A stretch of 64,000 nt of DNA from Sphingorhabdus sp. GTDB lineage: Bacteria; Pseudomonadota; Alphaproteobacteria; Sphingomonadales; Sphingomonadaceae. Location: positions 3,185 to 67,184 of the forward strand of contig JBEBKE010000001.1 in the NCBI GenBank assembly GCA_040079555.1, in the 5' to 3' direction. Position numbers and translations under genes: made by a program. Below the pieces are notes generated by a model, which worked only from the letters and a program-made list of their open reading frames with translations, searched no databases and was not told the DNA's origin. Below, in pieces: positions 1 through 9,924 of the stretch (its first letter is position 1; each line of letters opens with the position of its first letter).

Positions 1-47
1 TGCCGCTGGCATTGATATCTAGAGGAAAGCGGCATAGGTCGGCGGGC

Positions 48-452
48 ATGACTACGCTTGCTGACATTCTTGAAGAATATGATTTTCTAGACGCTGATGA
101 TCGCTACAGGCTGCTTATCGACTTGGGCAAAGGCCTGCCGCCGATGCCCGATGCGCTCAAGACCGACGCCACTTTGGTTCGTGGTTGCTCCGCCTCAGTT
201 TGGGTTTATCCGATTGCAGCCGATGGCGCGCTGAAGTTTTTGGCCGATAGCAACGCGGCGATCACCAAAGGGATTATCGCATTGGTCCTAAAGACCGTTG
301 AGGGCAAAGGCTTAGAAGAAATTGCCGCGACTGATATCGAGTCGTTGCTTGCTCCGTTTGACCTCAAGAACCAGCTGAGTTCAAACCGGACGCAGGGCAT
401 CCCAAATATGATAGCATTGATCCGGGAAACGGCCGCGCGCAATTCAAATTGA
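48..452 (+). CDS. sufE: SufE family Fe-S cluster sulfur acceptor
   Basis: DRYRLLIDLGK, VRGCSASVW (catalytic Cys) and LSSNRTQG motifs; ATG at 48 preferred over TTG at 12. Confidence 0.92.
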   Translation: MTTLADILEEYDFLDADDRYRLLIDLGKGLPPMPDALKTDATLVRGCSASVWVYPIAADGALKFLADSNAAITKGIIALVLKTVEGKGLEEIAATDIESLLAPFDLKNQLSSNRTQGIPNMIALIRETAARNSN

Positions 453-465
453 GGTCACGGTCAGG

Positions 466-999
466 CTAACCCTGCCACTCCCGCCGTTCTTCCGCAGCGC
501 GCAGCACATCATAAGCTGCCTGCCCAGCCTGAAATGCTTTCGCGGCATCCGCATTCCCGGGATTAACATCGGGGTGTGTTTCTTTTGCCACTTTGCGCCA
601 CGCCTTTTTGGCGTCCTCGAAACTGGAGTCAGGATCGAGCCCGAAAAGTTCCAGCGCGCGCATTTCTTCGCGGCTACGGCTGCCATCGCCTGATCCTGCC
701 CAGCCATAATGCGCGGATTCTTTATAGCCTGAGAAATCACGCTTCTCATTGGCCTCGCGTTCGGCGGCTTCCTCTTTGGACAAGCCAGCGAAATAGTCCC
801 AGCCTTTGTTGTACTCGGCAGCATGTTCTTCGCAGAACATCCAACGCTCAGGATTGTTGGGCGACTTGGGGGCTGGGCAATTACCCTCATTGTTGCAACC
901 ATAGCGGTCGCACAAACGAACCGTCTGAGCTTCGCGGGACGAGCCATAGCCGCTCCAGCGCGGGAAGCCCCAATCGTTTCTACGTGTCGCTTTAGCCAT
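466..999 (-). CDS. J-domain (DnaJ-type) protein with N-terminal Cys/His motif
   Basis: C-terminal J domain with HPD; N-terminal CDxxGC...CPAPKSP...FCEEH...YN motif. Confidence 0.88.
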   Translation of the reverse strand: MAKATRRNDWGFPRWSGYGSSREAQTVRLCDRYGCNNEGNCPAPKSPNNPERWMFCEEHAAEYNKGWDYFAGLSKEEAAEREANEKRDFSGYKESAHYGWAGSGDGSRSREEMRALELFGLDPDSSFEDAKKAWRKVAKETHPDVNPGNADAAKAFQAGQAAYDVLRAAEERREWQG

Positions 1000-1054
1000 G
1001 ACAAGCGCCTTAGCGCCGCGATCAAAGAATGGCTAGGCGTCCAAACACCCTAAA

Positions 1055-1660
1055 TCAGAAAAGTGACATCGTCTGCAACGCAGACGTAATGCCATAAACG
1101 ATCAGGCCCAAACCGATGTACAGCGCGATGACCACCACGGTAAATCCAGCCAGCTTTTCCTGCGGAATGCCCATGACAGGACCGGCACCTGCATAAATCA
1201 AGTAAATCGCATAGCCGATTGAAGCGAACGACAGTAGCGACACCACGATCATGAGGGCCATTGAGGACATAAAAAATGGCAACAATGCGCCAGCGACCCA
1301 CGAGGGCGTCGAGGAATAGGTGAACAGTTTTAACGACTGTACGATATCAGCATTGCCGTTAAAACTTGGCGCAATCATGCTGCCGATGAACGCCAGTCCG
1401 TAGAGCAAGGCTAGGCCCATCGCAAAGCCGACCAGTGCGCGCACCGCTGTATCAGCCAAGGACACGGAAACACCGCTCATTTCCATAATTTCAGCGCCAA
1501 TACCCATATAGCCCACAGCGATAATTGTGGTGATCGCTTGAATAATCGAAAATGGGACAGCATAGCCACCCAGAATGCCACCAACACTGCTCGGTTCGTT
1601 CGCAATGACTTGCCATTCAGACGTTGGCTTCAAAAGTATATTGATGATCCGGTTCAGCAT
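1055..1660 (-). CDS. Yip1 family membrane protein
   Basis: RIINILLKPTSEWQVIANEP N-terminus, about 5 hydrophobic segments, YSSTPSWVAG motif. Confidence 0.85.
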   Translation of the reverse strand: MLNRIINILLKPTSEWQVIANEPSSVGGILGGYAVPFSIIQAITTIIAVGYMGIGAEIMEMSGVSVSLADTAVRALVGFAMGLALLYGLAFIGSMIAPSFNGNADIVQSLKLFTYSSTPSWVAGALLPFFMSSMALMIVVSLLSFASIGYAIYLIYAGAGPVMGIPQEKLAGFTVVVIALYIGLGLIVYGITSALQTMSLF

Positions 1661-1720
1661 TGGTCGCCCCTCTCAATTAAGACGTCCGCATCGAACCATG
1701 TTTAAACTAAAATGTAAAGT

Positions 1721-2127
1721 GCCAGAGGGTCTATAAGCCGGGTTCTGTCCTCCGCCATAGCGCTTGGCGTAAGCGGATGTGCGACCATTCCTCTAGGAGT
1801 ACGGTTACCCGCACCCTCAAGCAATCAACCCGGACGACTGGCAGGAGGATGCCATATGCCGTCCCTATTCGATTTTGCTCCCGATGGGGTTTACCTTGCC
1901 AGCGACGTTACCGCCGCCGCGGTGCGCTTTTACCGCACCCTTTCTCCCTTACCCGCCCGAAGGCTTCGACCATAAGGTCTGGGCGGTTTGCTTTCTGTGG
2001 CACTGTCCCTAAACCAGCAATCGCTCGCTGGCTCGCCGGGCGTTACCCGGCATCGTTCCTCGCTGGAGCCCGGACTTTCCTCCCCTGTCGTCATAAAACA
2101 ACAGCGGCGGCCGCCCAACCCTCTGGC
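1721..2127 (-). ncRNA. rnpB: RNase P RNA (type A)
   Basis: Minus strand carries GAGGAAAGTCCGGGCTCC near the 5' end and ACAGAACCCGGCTTATAG near the 3' end; termini GCCAGAGGGT/ACCCTCTGGC pair as P1. Confidence 0.97.
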
Positions 2128-2144
2128 GTGGTCGCTATAACAGG

Positions 2145-2819
2145 CTAGCCCTCATATTCCAGCAAAAGCGCCCAAAGAATCGCACGGCATTGGCCGTCGA
2201 TAATGCCGTCGATGTTTTCAGGACGAAAACGGCGTTGAAAAGCAATGACTGCTTTCGGCCCGTCGGCGATGCCATAGCCATAACGCTCCAACGCAAGCAG
2301 GAATGCCGCGTCGCTCCAACCCGGATCGGTTAGATTTTTAGTCGGTCGAGGCACAGCCAGCCCTAGCTTGGCAAGCCGCTCCCAATCAAACAACTCGCCG
2401 GGATCTTCTTTGCGCGCAGGGGCCACATCGCTATGCCCGACCACGTTGCGTGGTTGGATCGAGTAGGTCCGCACGATTTCGGCGACCAACGGAACCAACG
2501 CTGACATCTGCTCCTCGGGAAATGGCCGATAGCCCCATTCATGCCCGGGATTGACGATTTCAATGCCTATGCTGGCACTGTTGCAATCAGTGACGCCGCG
2601 CCAGTGTGACAATCCAGCATGTTGGGCCCGCTGTTCCTCGCGCACCATATGGACGACCTGCCCATCTTCATCGACGGTGTAATGTGCCGAGACTTTCGAT
2701 GCAGGATTGGCAAGCCAAGCGATCGCCTCTGCACCGCTTTTCATTCCGGTATAATGCAATACCAGCATCGTAACCGGCAGTGTGCGTTCGCCAAAATTGG
2801 GGGAAGGTGTCCAGATCAT
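2145..2819 (-). CDS. N-acetylmuramoyl-L-alanine amidase (AmiD/AmpD, Amidase_2)
   Basis: LVLHYT, VSAHY, SIGIEIVN, GHSDVAPARKEDPG; C-terminal AFQRRFRP peptidoglycan-binding motif. Confidence 0.93.
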   Translation of the reverse strand: MIWTPSPNFGERTLPVTMLVLHYTGMKSGAEAIAWLANPASKVSAHYTVDEDGQVVHMVREEQRAQHAGLSHWRGVTDCNSASIGIEIVNPGHEWGYRPFPEEQMSALVPLVAEIVRTYSIQPRNVVGHSDVAPARKEDPGELFDWERLAKLGLAVPRPTKNLTDPGWSDAAFLLALERYGYGIADGPKAVIAFQRRFRPENIDGIIDGQCRAILWALLLEYEG

Positions 2820-2858
2820 ATCAACAACATAGCCGCGAGATCGGCATTTGCAATCAAG

Positions 2859-3692
2859 TCAACGCGCAGGCGGCCCAGCCTGTTCGTAAAATCCGCGAAA
2901 CTCTTTGCTTGCCGCAAACCGGTTGGTCTGGCCAATCACCGTTTCGGCTGCACCCAGCATCAGCATGCCGTCGCGCGCCAACGCATCAGCTAGATTTTCG
3001 TGAACTTGCCGCCGATTCTCATCGCAAAGATACATCAGCATATTTCTGCACAAAATCAGGTCATAGGCGCCATTGACCTGTGCTTTATCCAGCAGGTTTT
3101 GCTTAGCGAAGCTGACGGTGCGCCGAATGGAATCCTTCAATTGCCACTCGGTTTCATGCTGATCAAAATATTTCAGCATCAACATTACGGGTAGCCCGCG
3201 TTGGATTTCAAACTGTGAATATCGCCCATTTCGGGCCTGAGTCAGCGCGCTCGTCGATAAGTCCGTCGCGTGAATATGAATGTGCCAATTGGCCCATTTC
3301 TCCGGATTGTTTGCGAAGTACATCGCCAGCGAATAGGGCTCCTGCCCGGTCGAGCACGCTGCAGACCATATCCGCAGTCGTTTGGTTTGGCTTCGTTTCT
3401 CGCGTAGTCCATCAAGCACAGGTCCGGTGAGCAAAGCGAAATTGGCTTGATCGCGGTAAAAGCATGTTTCGTTATTAATCATTGCCTCAACACATTCCCG
3501 CTCAAGCGCTTCATCGCCATCGGCTGTCAACAATTCGCCGAGCATCGCAAGGTCGGGTATCGAATGACGCCGTAGAATCGGCTTGAGGGCCATGTCGACG
3601 CGCCAATGCCGATTTGCCATCAGCTGTTGACCGCTATGCTTGCGCAATAAGGCCGCCAGTTGCTGGTGCATCCGGGTGTCGTGTGCACTCAT
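2859..3692 (-). CDS. cheR: Chemotaxis methyltransferase CheR
   Basis: NNETCFYRD, IWSAACSTGQEPYS, DLILCRNMLMY. Confidence 0.95.
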   Translation of the reverse strand: MSAHDTRMHQQLAALLRKHSGQQLMANRHWRVDMALKPILRRHSIPDLAMLGELLTADGDEALERECVEAMINNETCFYRDQANFALLTGPVLDGLREKRSQTKRLRIWSAACSTGQEPYSLAMYFANNPEKWANWHIHIHATDLSTSALTQARNGRYSQFEIQRGLPVMLMLKYFDQHETEWQLKDSIRRTVSFAKQNLLDKAQVNGAYDLILCRNMLMYLCDENRRQVHENLADALARDGMLMLGAAETVIGQTNRFAASKEFRGFYEQAGPPAR

Positions 3693-4756
3693 TGTGCTGC
3701 CGCCTTCGCGAGCAAAGCGGATAGCTCAGCAGGCGACAATATGGCGTTCGCCAGATTCTCCCGAGCCACAGCACCTGGCATTCCCCAGACAACTGAGCTA
3801 TCGGGGTCTTGCGCAAGAATTGTAGCGTTGGACGTCGCGAGGCACCGCGCGCCCGCAACTCCATCGCTACCCATACCGCTCAGAATAATCGCAAGTGCGC
3901 CATTTCCATACGCATCGGCAACGGAGGCAAAGAGCGCATCGACCGACGGGCAATAACGACTGTCATTATACTGCGCGACATGGTCCAAATAGACTTTCCC
4001 GTGAGACCTGCGACACACAAGATGCGCGTCGCCCGGTGCGACATAAATGTGACCCGGCTGCACTTTAGTTCCCGGTGCTGCGACCGATACATGGCGGTCT
4101 GTATAAGACGAGAGTTGCCGTGCAAAGAAATCCATAAATGCGTCGGGCAAATGCTGCACGATGAAGACCGGGCAGTCTAGTTTGGGATCGAGCGATTGAA
4201 TCAATTGATAAATGACAGGAATGCCGCCCGTTGACGCGCCGATCGCGATGCAATCTGGTTTTGAAAGATCGAACGGTTCAAGTTTTGGCAGGTGCGGTTG
4301 GCACAGCCTTCGCCCACGACGACCTAAACGCGTTACTTTCTCGACAAGGCGTTCGGAAAATCCGTTGCCAAACCCTGAGCGGCCCGGCTTTGCTAAAGTA
4401 TCACACGCACCCAGCGATAAAGCCTGTAGCGCGGCGGAGCCGTTTTCTTCAACAAAAGACGATACAACGATAATGCGCGCACCATTGGCGGCGTTAACAA
4501 TATCGGGGAGCGCATCGAGGCCGCTTCGTTTCGGCATCTCGATATCGAGGAGCACAACGTCAACGTCCAACCTATGCAGTAGCAACAAAGCTTCTGCGCT
4601 ATCTTCCGCCTCGGCAACAACCAACAGATCGTCGGAATCAGACAATAGCCGCGAAAAAATCGAGCGGGCTACATGGCTGTCGTCAACCAGCATCACCCGG
4701 ATCGGGTTTTTATCTGCGCTTGGCAGCTTTCGCGGGGTTTGAGCCGACGCTAACAT
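3689..4756 (-). CDS. cheB: Chemotaxis methylesterase CheB (REC + CheB)
   Basis: REC domain LLDIEMP; GASTGG, VQHLP and SGMGSDG catalytic motifs. Confidence 0.95.
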   Translation of the reverse strand: MLASAQTPRKLPSADKNPIRVMLVDDSHVARSIFSRLLSDSDDLLVVAEAEDSAEALLLLHRLDVDVVLLDIEMPKRSGLDALPDIVNAANGARIIVVSSFVEENGSAALQALSLGACDTLAKPGRSGFGNGFSERLVEKVTRLGRRGRRLCQPHLPKLEPFDLSKPDCIAIGASTGGIPVIYQLIQSLDPKLDCPVFIVQHLPDAFMDFFARQLSSYTDRHVSVAAPGTKVQPGHIYVAPGDAHLVCRRSHGKVYLDHVAQYNDSRYCPSVDALFASVADAYGNGALAIILSGMGSDGVAGARCLATSNATILAQDPDSSVVWGMPGAVARENLANAILSPAELSALLAKAAAQ

Positions 4757-4762
4757 GGTCGC

Positions 4763-5128
4763 TCAAAGGCAACCCACAATTTGCAACTTGTTTTCTAGCG
4801 TTTCGCGATCAAACGGCTTCATGACATATTCGTCAGCACCCGCATCGATTGCAGCCTGAATATGCGCAATGCCGTTCTCGGTTGTGCAAAATATCACTTT
4901 GGCACCTTGCTGCACCGCCGACGCGCGATAGGCGCGCAAAAATTCCATTCCGCTCATCACCGGCATATTCCAGTCGAGCAAAATTACATCGGGGCTATCA
5001 TTCGCACAGAACTTTAGCGCTTCGTCGCCATCAACCGCCTCTGAAACGTTGAATTGCAACGTTTCCAAAATGTGCCGCGCCACTTTTCGGATAACTTTGC
5101 TGTCATCCACAATTAGACAAGACTTCAT
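4763..5128 (-). CDS. cheY: CheY-type single-domain response regulator
   Basis: LIVDDS, LLDWNMP, KPFD; inside the che operon; start at ATG 5128 (GTG 5134 possible). Confidence 0.92.
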   Translation of the reverse strand: MKSCLIVDDSKVIRKVARHILETLQFNVSEAVDGDEALKFCANDSPDVILLDWNMPVMSGMEFLRAYRASAVQQGAKVIFCTTENGIAHIQAAIDAGADEYVMKPFDRETLENKLQIVGCL

Positions 5129-5228
5129 ACCCACCCACCTTTTGATTCATCTCTAAACACGGCATAGGATGTGCGGATTATCGACTGGTTAATTTTCGTT
5201 GCGCGTTTTTACAAATTCCTGACTACAC

Positions 5229-5663
5229 TCAGGCAGCCATTGCCGATTGGTACGAGAGCAACATTGCTGGGGAGACTATCATCAAAACCCGATCATCAAT
5301 GACCGCGACTTCGGTCGCAATGCCATTCCAGTCTGGCGCAAGGCGTGTTGCCGACTTAACCGCACTTTGTTCGATAGTCATAACGTCACGGACCGCGTCG
5401 ACAGCGAGCGCATAATTATGCCCGCCAACCTCTACGATGACGGCATGGCTCTTTTCGGGAACGGCGCGGCTGAGGCCGGTGACGGCGTATTGGCAGTCTA
5501 TCAACGTTAAAACGCGGCTGCGAAGTGCCATCAATCCTGCGACCAGAGGATCGCATTTGGGAATAGCGATCACGTCGCCAATGGTGACAACGGATTCAAT
5601 GCAATCGCTGCTGATGGCGACTTCGGTGCCTGCGATTACAGCAATCAGGTATAGATCTGACAT
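5229..5663 (-). CDS. cheW: CheW adaptor
   Basis: VAGLMALRSRVLTLID, ALAVDAV. Confidence 0.92.
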   Translation of the reverse strand: MSDLYLIAVIAGTEVAISSDCIESVVTIGDVIAIPKCDPLVAGLMALRSRVLTLIDCQYAVTGLSRAVPEKSHAVIVEVGGHNYALAVDAVRDVMTIEQSAVKSATRLAPDWNGIATEVAVIDDRVLMIVSPAMLLSYQSAMAA

Positions 5664-8059
5664 CAGCCTACTCCCGCCATTTTTGATTCAATAGCCGACA
5701 TTAACGCCACGCGATCATAGCGATAAATGCTCGCGACCTGATCGTCATTGGCTTGCACCGCCTCGCGCAGTCTCACGGTCCGATTGTCATCAATAGCCGC
5801 CTCTGCCCGGCTCGCGCTGGTCAGAATGACCGCCGCGGTCGCACGGTCGGCTTCGTCTAAACTGACCCGATAGCCAGAGGCTTTCAGCAATGGCTGCAAT
5901 ATGCGTGTCTCCCAGCTGTCATCCGCACCGGTTTCCAAAAAGCATACAGCCGCAGGATTTGAGGATTTGGTCGCGCCAGCCTCCATTTGAAAAAGCCGAT
6001 AAGGGTTGAGCAATTCTACGGGCGCGCCTTCAAAATGGACGATTCCCTCAAACGCTTGGGGTTCAGCCGACGGAGCGATGTCTGCAGGAAGCGCGAATAT
6101 ATCCATGACTTCGTTAACCGAAAGATAGGTTGCGGCATTACCATCGGATATACGCAGCATCTTAACCGGGCCTAAGGGCCGCAGGCGATCTATTCCGTGA
6201 ACATCGTGTAAACAGCCGTCGACTGTAATGCAGCACCGCCCACCTACATAATGGATTTGATCGGATTCAACCTCCTCCATCCGATCGACCACAGCCAACC
6301 GGATCGCCCTGGTTACGCCATCGGTGCTTTCGAATAGCAAAGCTGAGGCGGTTTGATCGAACTGGAGTGTGTTGACCGCCGCGTCTGCGGCCTCGGATGT
6401 GCCGAACAATTCTTCTTGCGCGCCTATAGCCTCGGCTAGGCCGCTCGCATCCAGCAACAACATCGGGCGGCCATTGTCCGGCAATGTCGTCCCTGCATAA
6501 AGCCCTGCCGCCATAACCAAAGGTGCGCCCGGTTTGACAACGAGCTCTTCGTTATCGACAACCGCCGCAACTTCCAATGCGAAGATTGCGCCGACTGCAG
6601 GCCGAATAATGATCAACGTCCGGTTGACAACTGCGTCGTGATCCACCGTGTCTAGGCCAAGGACCTGTTCTAGCCTCGCATAAGCAAACCGGCGTCCTCT
6701 AACTTTCGCAACAGGCAGTCCGCCGATGTCTTCAATCGTGACATTGCGATTATTGATCGAGAGTATTTCAACAATCGATGACCGCGAGATGCCAAAGCTT
6801 TGGCCGCCCGCAGTGACCGACAGTCCAGCGATGATTGACAGCGTTAGCGGTAATCTTAGCGTTACCTTTAATCCCTTGCCGGGCGCATTTTCTAAATCGA
6901 TTGTACCACCGATTGCGTGGATATTGGTCCGCACGACATCCATGCCAACGCCGCGCCCCGAAATTGCGCTGACGCTATTTGCCGTTGAAAGCCCCGGGTG
7001 AAAAATCACTTCCAGCTTTGCGCGCTCAGACAGTTTTTCCCATTGCGCAGCAGAATAGAGTTTGCGTTCTATCGCTTTCGTAGCGAGCCGGTCAACGTCG
7101 ATACCGCGTCCGTCATCAGCAATCTCGACAAGAATTTGGTTGCCGGATTGCCGCGCCACGATTTTAATACGGCCCGTTAGCGGCTTTCCAACCGCCATTC
7201 TGTCTGATGCCGTCTCTATCCCGTGGTCCGCCGCATTGCGCAGAATATGGGTAAGCGGATCGCGCATCGCCTCGGCCATCTCGCGATCAATTTCGACTTC
7301 ATTGCCCTCGATTATCAAATCTATCGGCTTGTCTAACTCAACAGTGATATCGCGCAATGCACGCGGCAGCGTCGAAAACAGCCGATCAATACTCTGCAGG
7401 CGCATCTGCCCGATGGAGTCACGCATTTCCGAAACACTTGCCGATAGCCGCCCAAATGCATGTTCCACGTCTGAAGCATCGTTCAACCGGCGCAACTGCC
7501 GCGACACTTCGTTCCTTGATAAAACAAGGTCGGAGATGCCATTCATCAAATTATCCAGCAACGTCAACGAAACACGAACGGTTCGTCCCCGGTTGCGCAT
7601 AAAGCTATCATCAGGCTCCGCAACGTACGCGAAGTCAGGAACCGCAATGGGTTGATTTTCCAACACTTTTATCGCTTCATCGGATGGAACCAAAAATCCG
7701 AGCATCACCGATACCAGATCAGCATCGTCGTCTGGCACGGCAGCGCCTGTTTCAAGCGCATCCGTCAATTCCGCAATGCGATCAATTACGAGCAGAACTG
7801 CCGAGACCAATTCCGTCGATGGCGCAAGGTTGCCGTCGCGCGCCGCGCTTAGGACTTCTTCGGCAGAATGGCTAAGCCTTAGCAGCCGAGGCAAATCGAG
7901 AAATCCGCAGCTGCCTTTTACGGTGTGCACAAACCGGAAAACGCTGTCGACCAAACTATGGTCGTCGGGCGTCTTTTCCCAAAGCACCAGCTGCCCTGAC
8001 AAGATTTGCAGTGTTTCGCGCGTTTCGGCGATAAACTCTTCGCGAAGATCATCCATCAA
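5663..8059 (-). CDS. cheA: Chemotaxis histidine kinase CheA
   Basis: Hpt FRFVHTVKGSCGFL, HILRNAADHGIE, SGRGVGMDVV, CheW-like domain. Confidence 0.96.
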   Translation of the reverse strand: MMDDLREEFIAETRETLQILSGQLVLWEKTPDDHSLVDSVFRFVHTVKGSCGFLDLPRLLRLSHSAEEVLSAARDGNLAPSTELVSAVLLVIDRIAELTDALETGAAVPDDDADLVSVMLGFLVPSDEAIKVLENQPIAVPDFAYVAEPDDSFMRNRGRTVRVSLTLLDNLMNGISDLVLSRNEVSRQLRRLNDASDVEHAFGRLSASVSEMRDSIGQMRLQSIDRLFSTLPRALRDITVELDKPIDLIIEGNEVEIDREMAEAMRDPLTHILRNAADHGIETASDRMAVGKPLTGRIKIVARQSGNQILVEIADDGRGIDVDRLATKAIERKLYSAAQWEKLSERAKLEVIFHPGLSTANSVSAISGRGVGMDVVRTNIHAIGGTIDLENAPGKGLKVTLRLPLTLSIIAGLSVTAGGQSFGISRSSIVEILSINNRNVTIEDIGGLPVAKVRGRRFAYARLEQVLGLDTVDHDAVVNRTLIIIRPAVGAIFALEVAAVVDNEELVVKPGAPLVMAAGLYAGTTLPDNGRPMLLLDASGLAEAIGAQEELFGTSEAADAAVNTLQFDQTASALLFESTDGVTRAIRLAVVDRMEEVESDQIHYVGGRCCITVDGCLHDVHGIDRLRPLGPVKMLRISDGNAATYLSVNEVMDIFALPADIAPSAEPQAFEGIVHFEGAPVELLNPYRLFQMEAGATKSSNPAAVCFLETGADDSWETRILQPLLKASGYRVSLDEADRATAAVILTSASRAEAAIDDNRTVRLREAVQANDDQVASIYRYDRVALMSAIESKMAGVG

Positions 8060-8099
8060 AGGCAGCCCTATTAATTGGGCCTCCTTCTAGGCGGAAGAT

Positions 8100-8117
8100 G
8101 GTTAAAAAGCTGTTTAC
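8100..8117 (-). promoter_or_regulatory. Putative CtrA box upstream of cheA
   Basis: Minus strand TAAA-cagcttt-TTAACC matches TTAA-N7-TTAAC with one mismatch. Confidence 0.55.
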
Positions 8118-8129
8118 GGCTGTGTGTCG

Positions 8130-8768
8130 TTACCGGACAAGCGCGCCGACAATCAGTTCGGTTTCGCTGGGCTTCGCAATTTGCACGCTGCCGCCATTTT
8201 GTCCGCACAGGCTGAAAACCATCCACGCTGCTGCAGTCCGGGAGTCGATTTGCGACGCCGCCATTTTGCCTTCCAGCGTATCGCGCACAGTCTCGTCGAA
8301 AATCACACGCGGGCCGTCAGCGTGGATGACGATTTCTTGTTCACCATCGCGCAATTCCGCACCGACGTGAAGCTTGCCGCCACGGACAAGTGCATCATTC
8401 GCAATTAGCACAAGGTTTAACAGCACCTTGACCGCTCGTTTCGGCATCAACGCATTGGGCACAGACCAAATCAGTTCTGTCCGCTTTGTCGCCGTGACTA
8501 ATGGTTCGACAACGGCGCGCGCCTCAGCAGGATCAACTTCGCTACCAAATCCGCCTGCTGCACCGAACGCGAGCCGAAAGAATTTCAGCTTATCCGCCGC
8601 CGACTTTGCGCTTTCAGCCAATAAATCCATACAGCGTTTGCGCATTTCGGGGTCATGTTCGTCGGCCAGCAATTCCAGCCCGTTGTTCATCGCACCAACG
8701 GGGCTCAACAGGTCATGACACAGGCGTGAGCAAAGCAATGCTGCCAAATCAACGTCATTTTCGGCCAT
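8130..8768 (-). CDS. chpT: Histidine phosphotransferase ChpT
   Basis: LAALLCSRLCHDLLSPVGAMNNGLELL, KFFRLAFGAAG. Confidence 0.95.
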   Translation of the reverse strand: MAENDVDLAALLCSRLCHDLLSPVGAMNNGLELLADEHDPEMRKRCMDLLAESAKSAADKLKFFRLAFGAAGGFGSEVDPAEARAVVEPLVTATKRTELIWSVPNALMPKRAVKVLLNLVLIANDALVRGGKLHVGAELRDGEQEIVIHADGPRVIFDETVRDTLEGKMAASQIDSRTAAAWMVFSLCGQNGGSVQIAKPSETELIVGALVR

Positions 8769-8912
8769 GTTGTTACGAAATCCTCTTTGGTTGCGTGTTG
8801 CAAAGCGCAATGAACTTTGTGAAACAATGTTTCAAGCCCTGTCATGGGACGGCGTAACATCCTTTTCCCGTGTCGCCTTGATATATTTCGCGTTGCAACC
8901 CACATGGAAAAC

Positions 8913-9854
8913 ATGGCGGGGGACGGCATCATACATTCTGGGATATTGGGCGAAGGACGCCTTGATCGGGCGTTAGTCGACGCCCTGCCCCAACTCTCCC
9001 GTGCGCGCATTCAGGCTTTGATTGCCGATAAGGTGCTGGTGATCGAAGGCTCGGTCGTCACCGATGCCTCGTCGACGCGCTTTAGCGGTCGGCCCTTTAC
9101 ATTAACGATCCCCGCCGCCCGACCCGATCGCGCCCAACCACAAGACATTGCACTCAACATCGTGTTTGAGGACGATCACCTGATCATCGTTGATAAGCCC
9201 GCTGGGTTGGTCGTCCATCCGTCCGCCGGCCATTTTGACGGCACGCTGGTCAACGCTTTGCTGCACCACTGTAAGGGCAGACTATCCGGGATCGGTGGTG
9301 TTGAGCGTCCGGGAATCGTGCACCGAATTGATCGCGATACGTCCGGCCTTCTCGTGGTCGCAAAAACCGATATCGCGCATGAAGGGCTGGCGAAGCTGTT
9401 TGCCGCCCATGATATTGAGAGGCGCTATTTAGCAATTGTAGCTGGCCAACCTGCCCCACCCGCTGGCATCATCCGCACGCAAATCGGCCGTCACCCGACT
9501 GACCGTAAAAAGAACGCGGTGCTTGCCGAGGGTAAAGGAAAGCACGCCGTCACACATTTTCGCATGATCGAGCAACTTAAAGCCACTTCGTTGGTTGAGT
9601 GTAGGTTAGAAACGGGACGCACGCATCAGGTGCGCGTCCACATGGCGCATATCGGCCATCCGTTGATTGGAGATTCCGTTTATAATAATCGACAAAAGAC
9701 ATTTAGATTTGGACCAAATCAGTCGTATTTCTCAAGGCAAGCCTTGCACGCCGCGTCCCTGGGGTTTAATCATCCCGTTACCGGTGAAAAGCTGGCTTTC
9801 GTTAGTAACCTTCCTGACGATATTCAGGAACTACTAATGTATTTGAGGTCATAA
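8913..9854 (+). CDS. rluD: RluA family pseudouridine synthase (RluD-like)
   Basis: S4-like RLDRAL, VDKPAGLVVHP, HRIDRDTSG, GRTHQVRVH; start at 8904 or 8913. Confidence 0.92.
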   Translation: MAGDGIIHSGILGEGRLDRALVDALPQLSRARIQALIADKVLVIEGSVVTDASSTRFSGRPFTLTIPAARPDRAQPQDIALNIVFEDDHLIIVDKPAGLVVHPSAGHFDGTLVNALLHHCKGRLSGIGGVERPGIVHRIDRDTSGLLVVAKTDIAHEGLAKLFAAHDIERRYLAIVAGQPAPPAGIIRTQIGRHPTDRKKNAVLAEGKGKHAVTHFRMIEQLKATSLVECRLETGRTHQVRVHMAHIGHPLIGDSVYNNRQKTFRFGPNQSYFSRQALHAASLGFNHPVTGEKLAFVSNLPDDIQELLMYLRS

Positions 9855-9924
9855 GATTACCGTAACCGTCCTGCCAAGGGGTGCTTAATGAAGGCCCGGC
9901 GGAGGACACACAAAAGGAAGAAAA

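Noticed and set aside
1777-2148. ORFs over 1777-2148
   Set aside because: They overlap the RNase P RNA gene.
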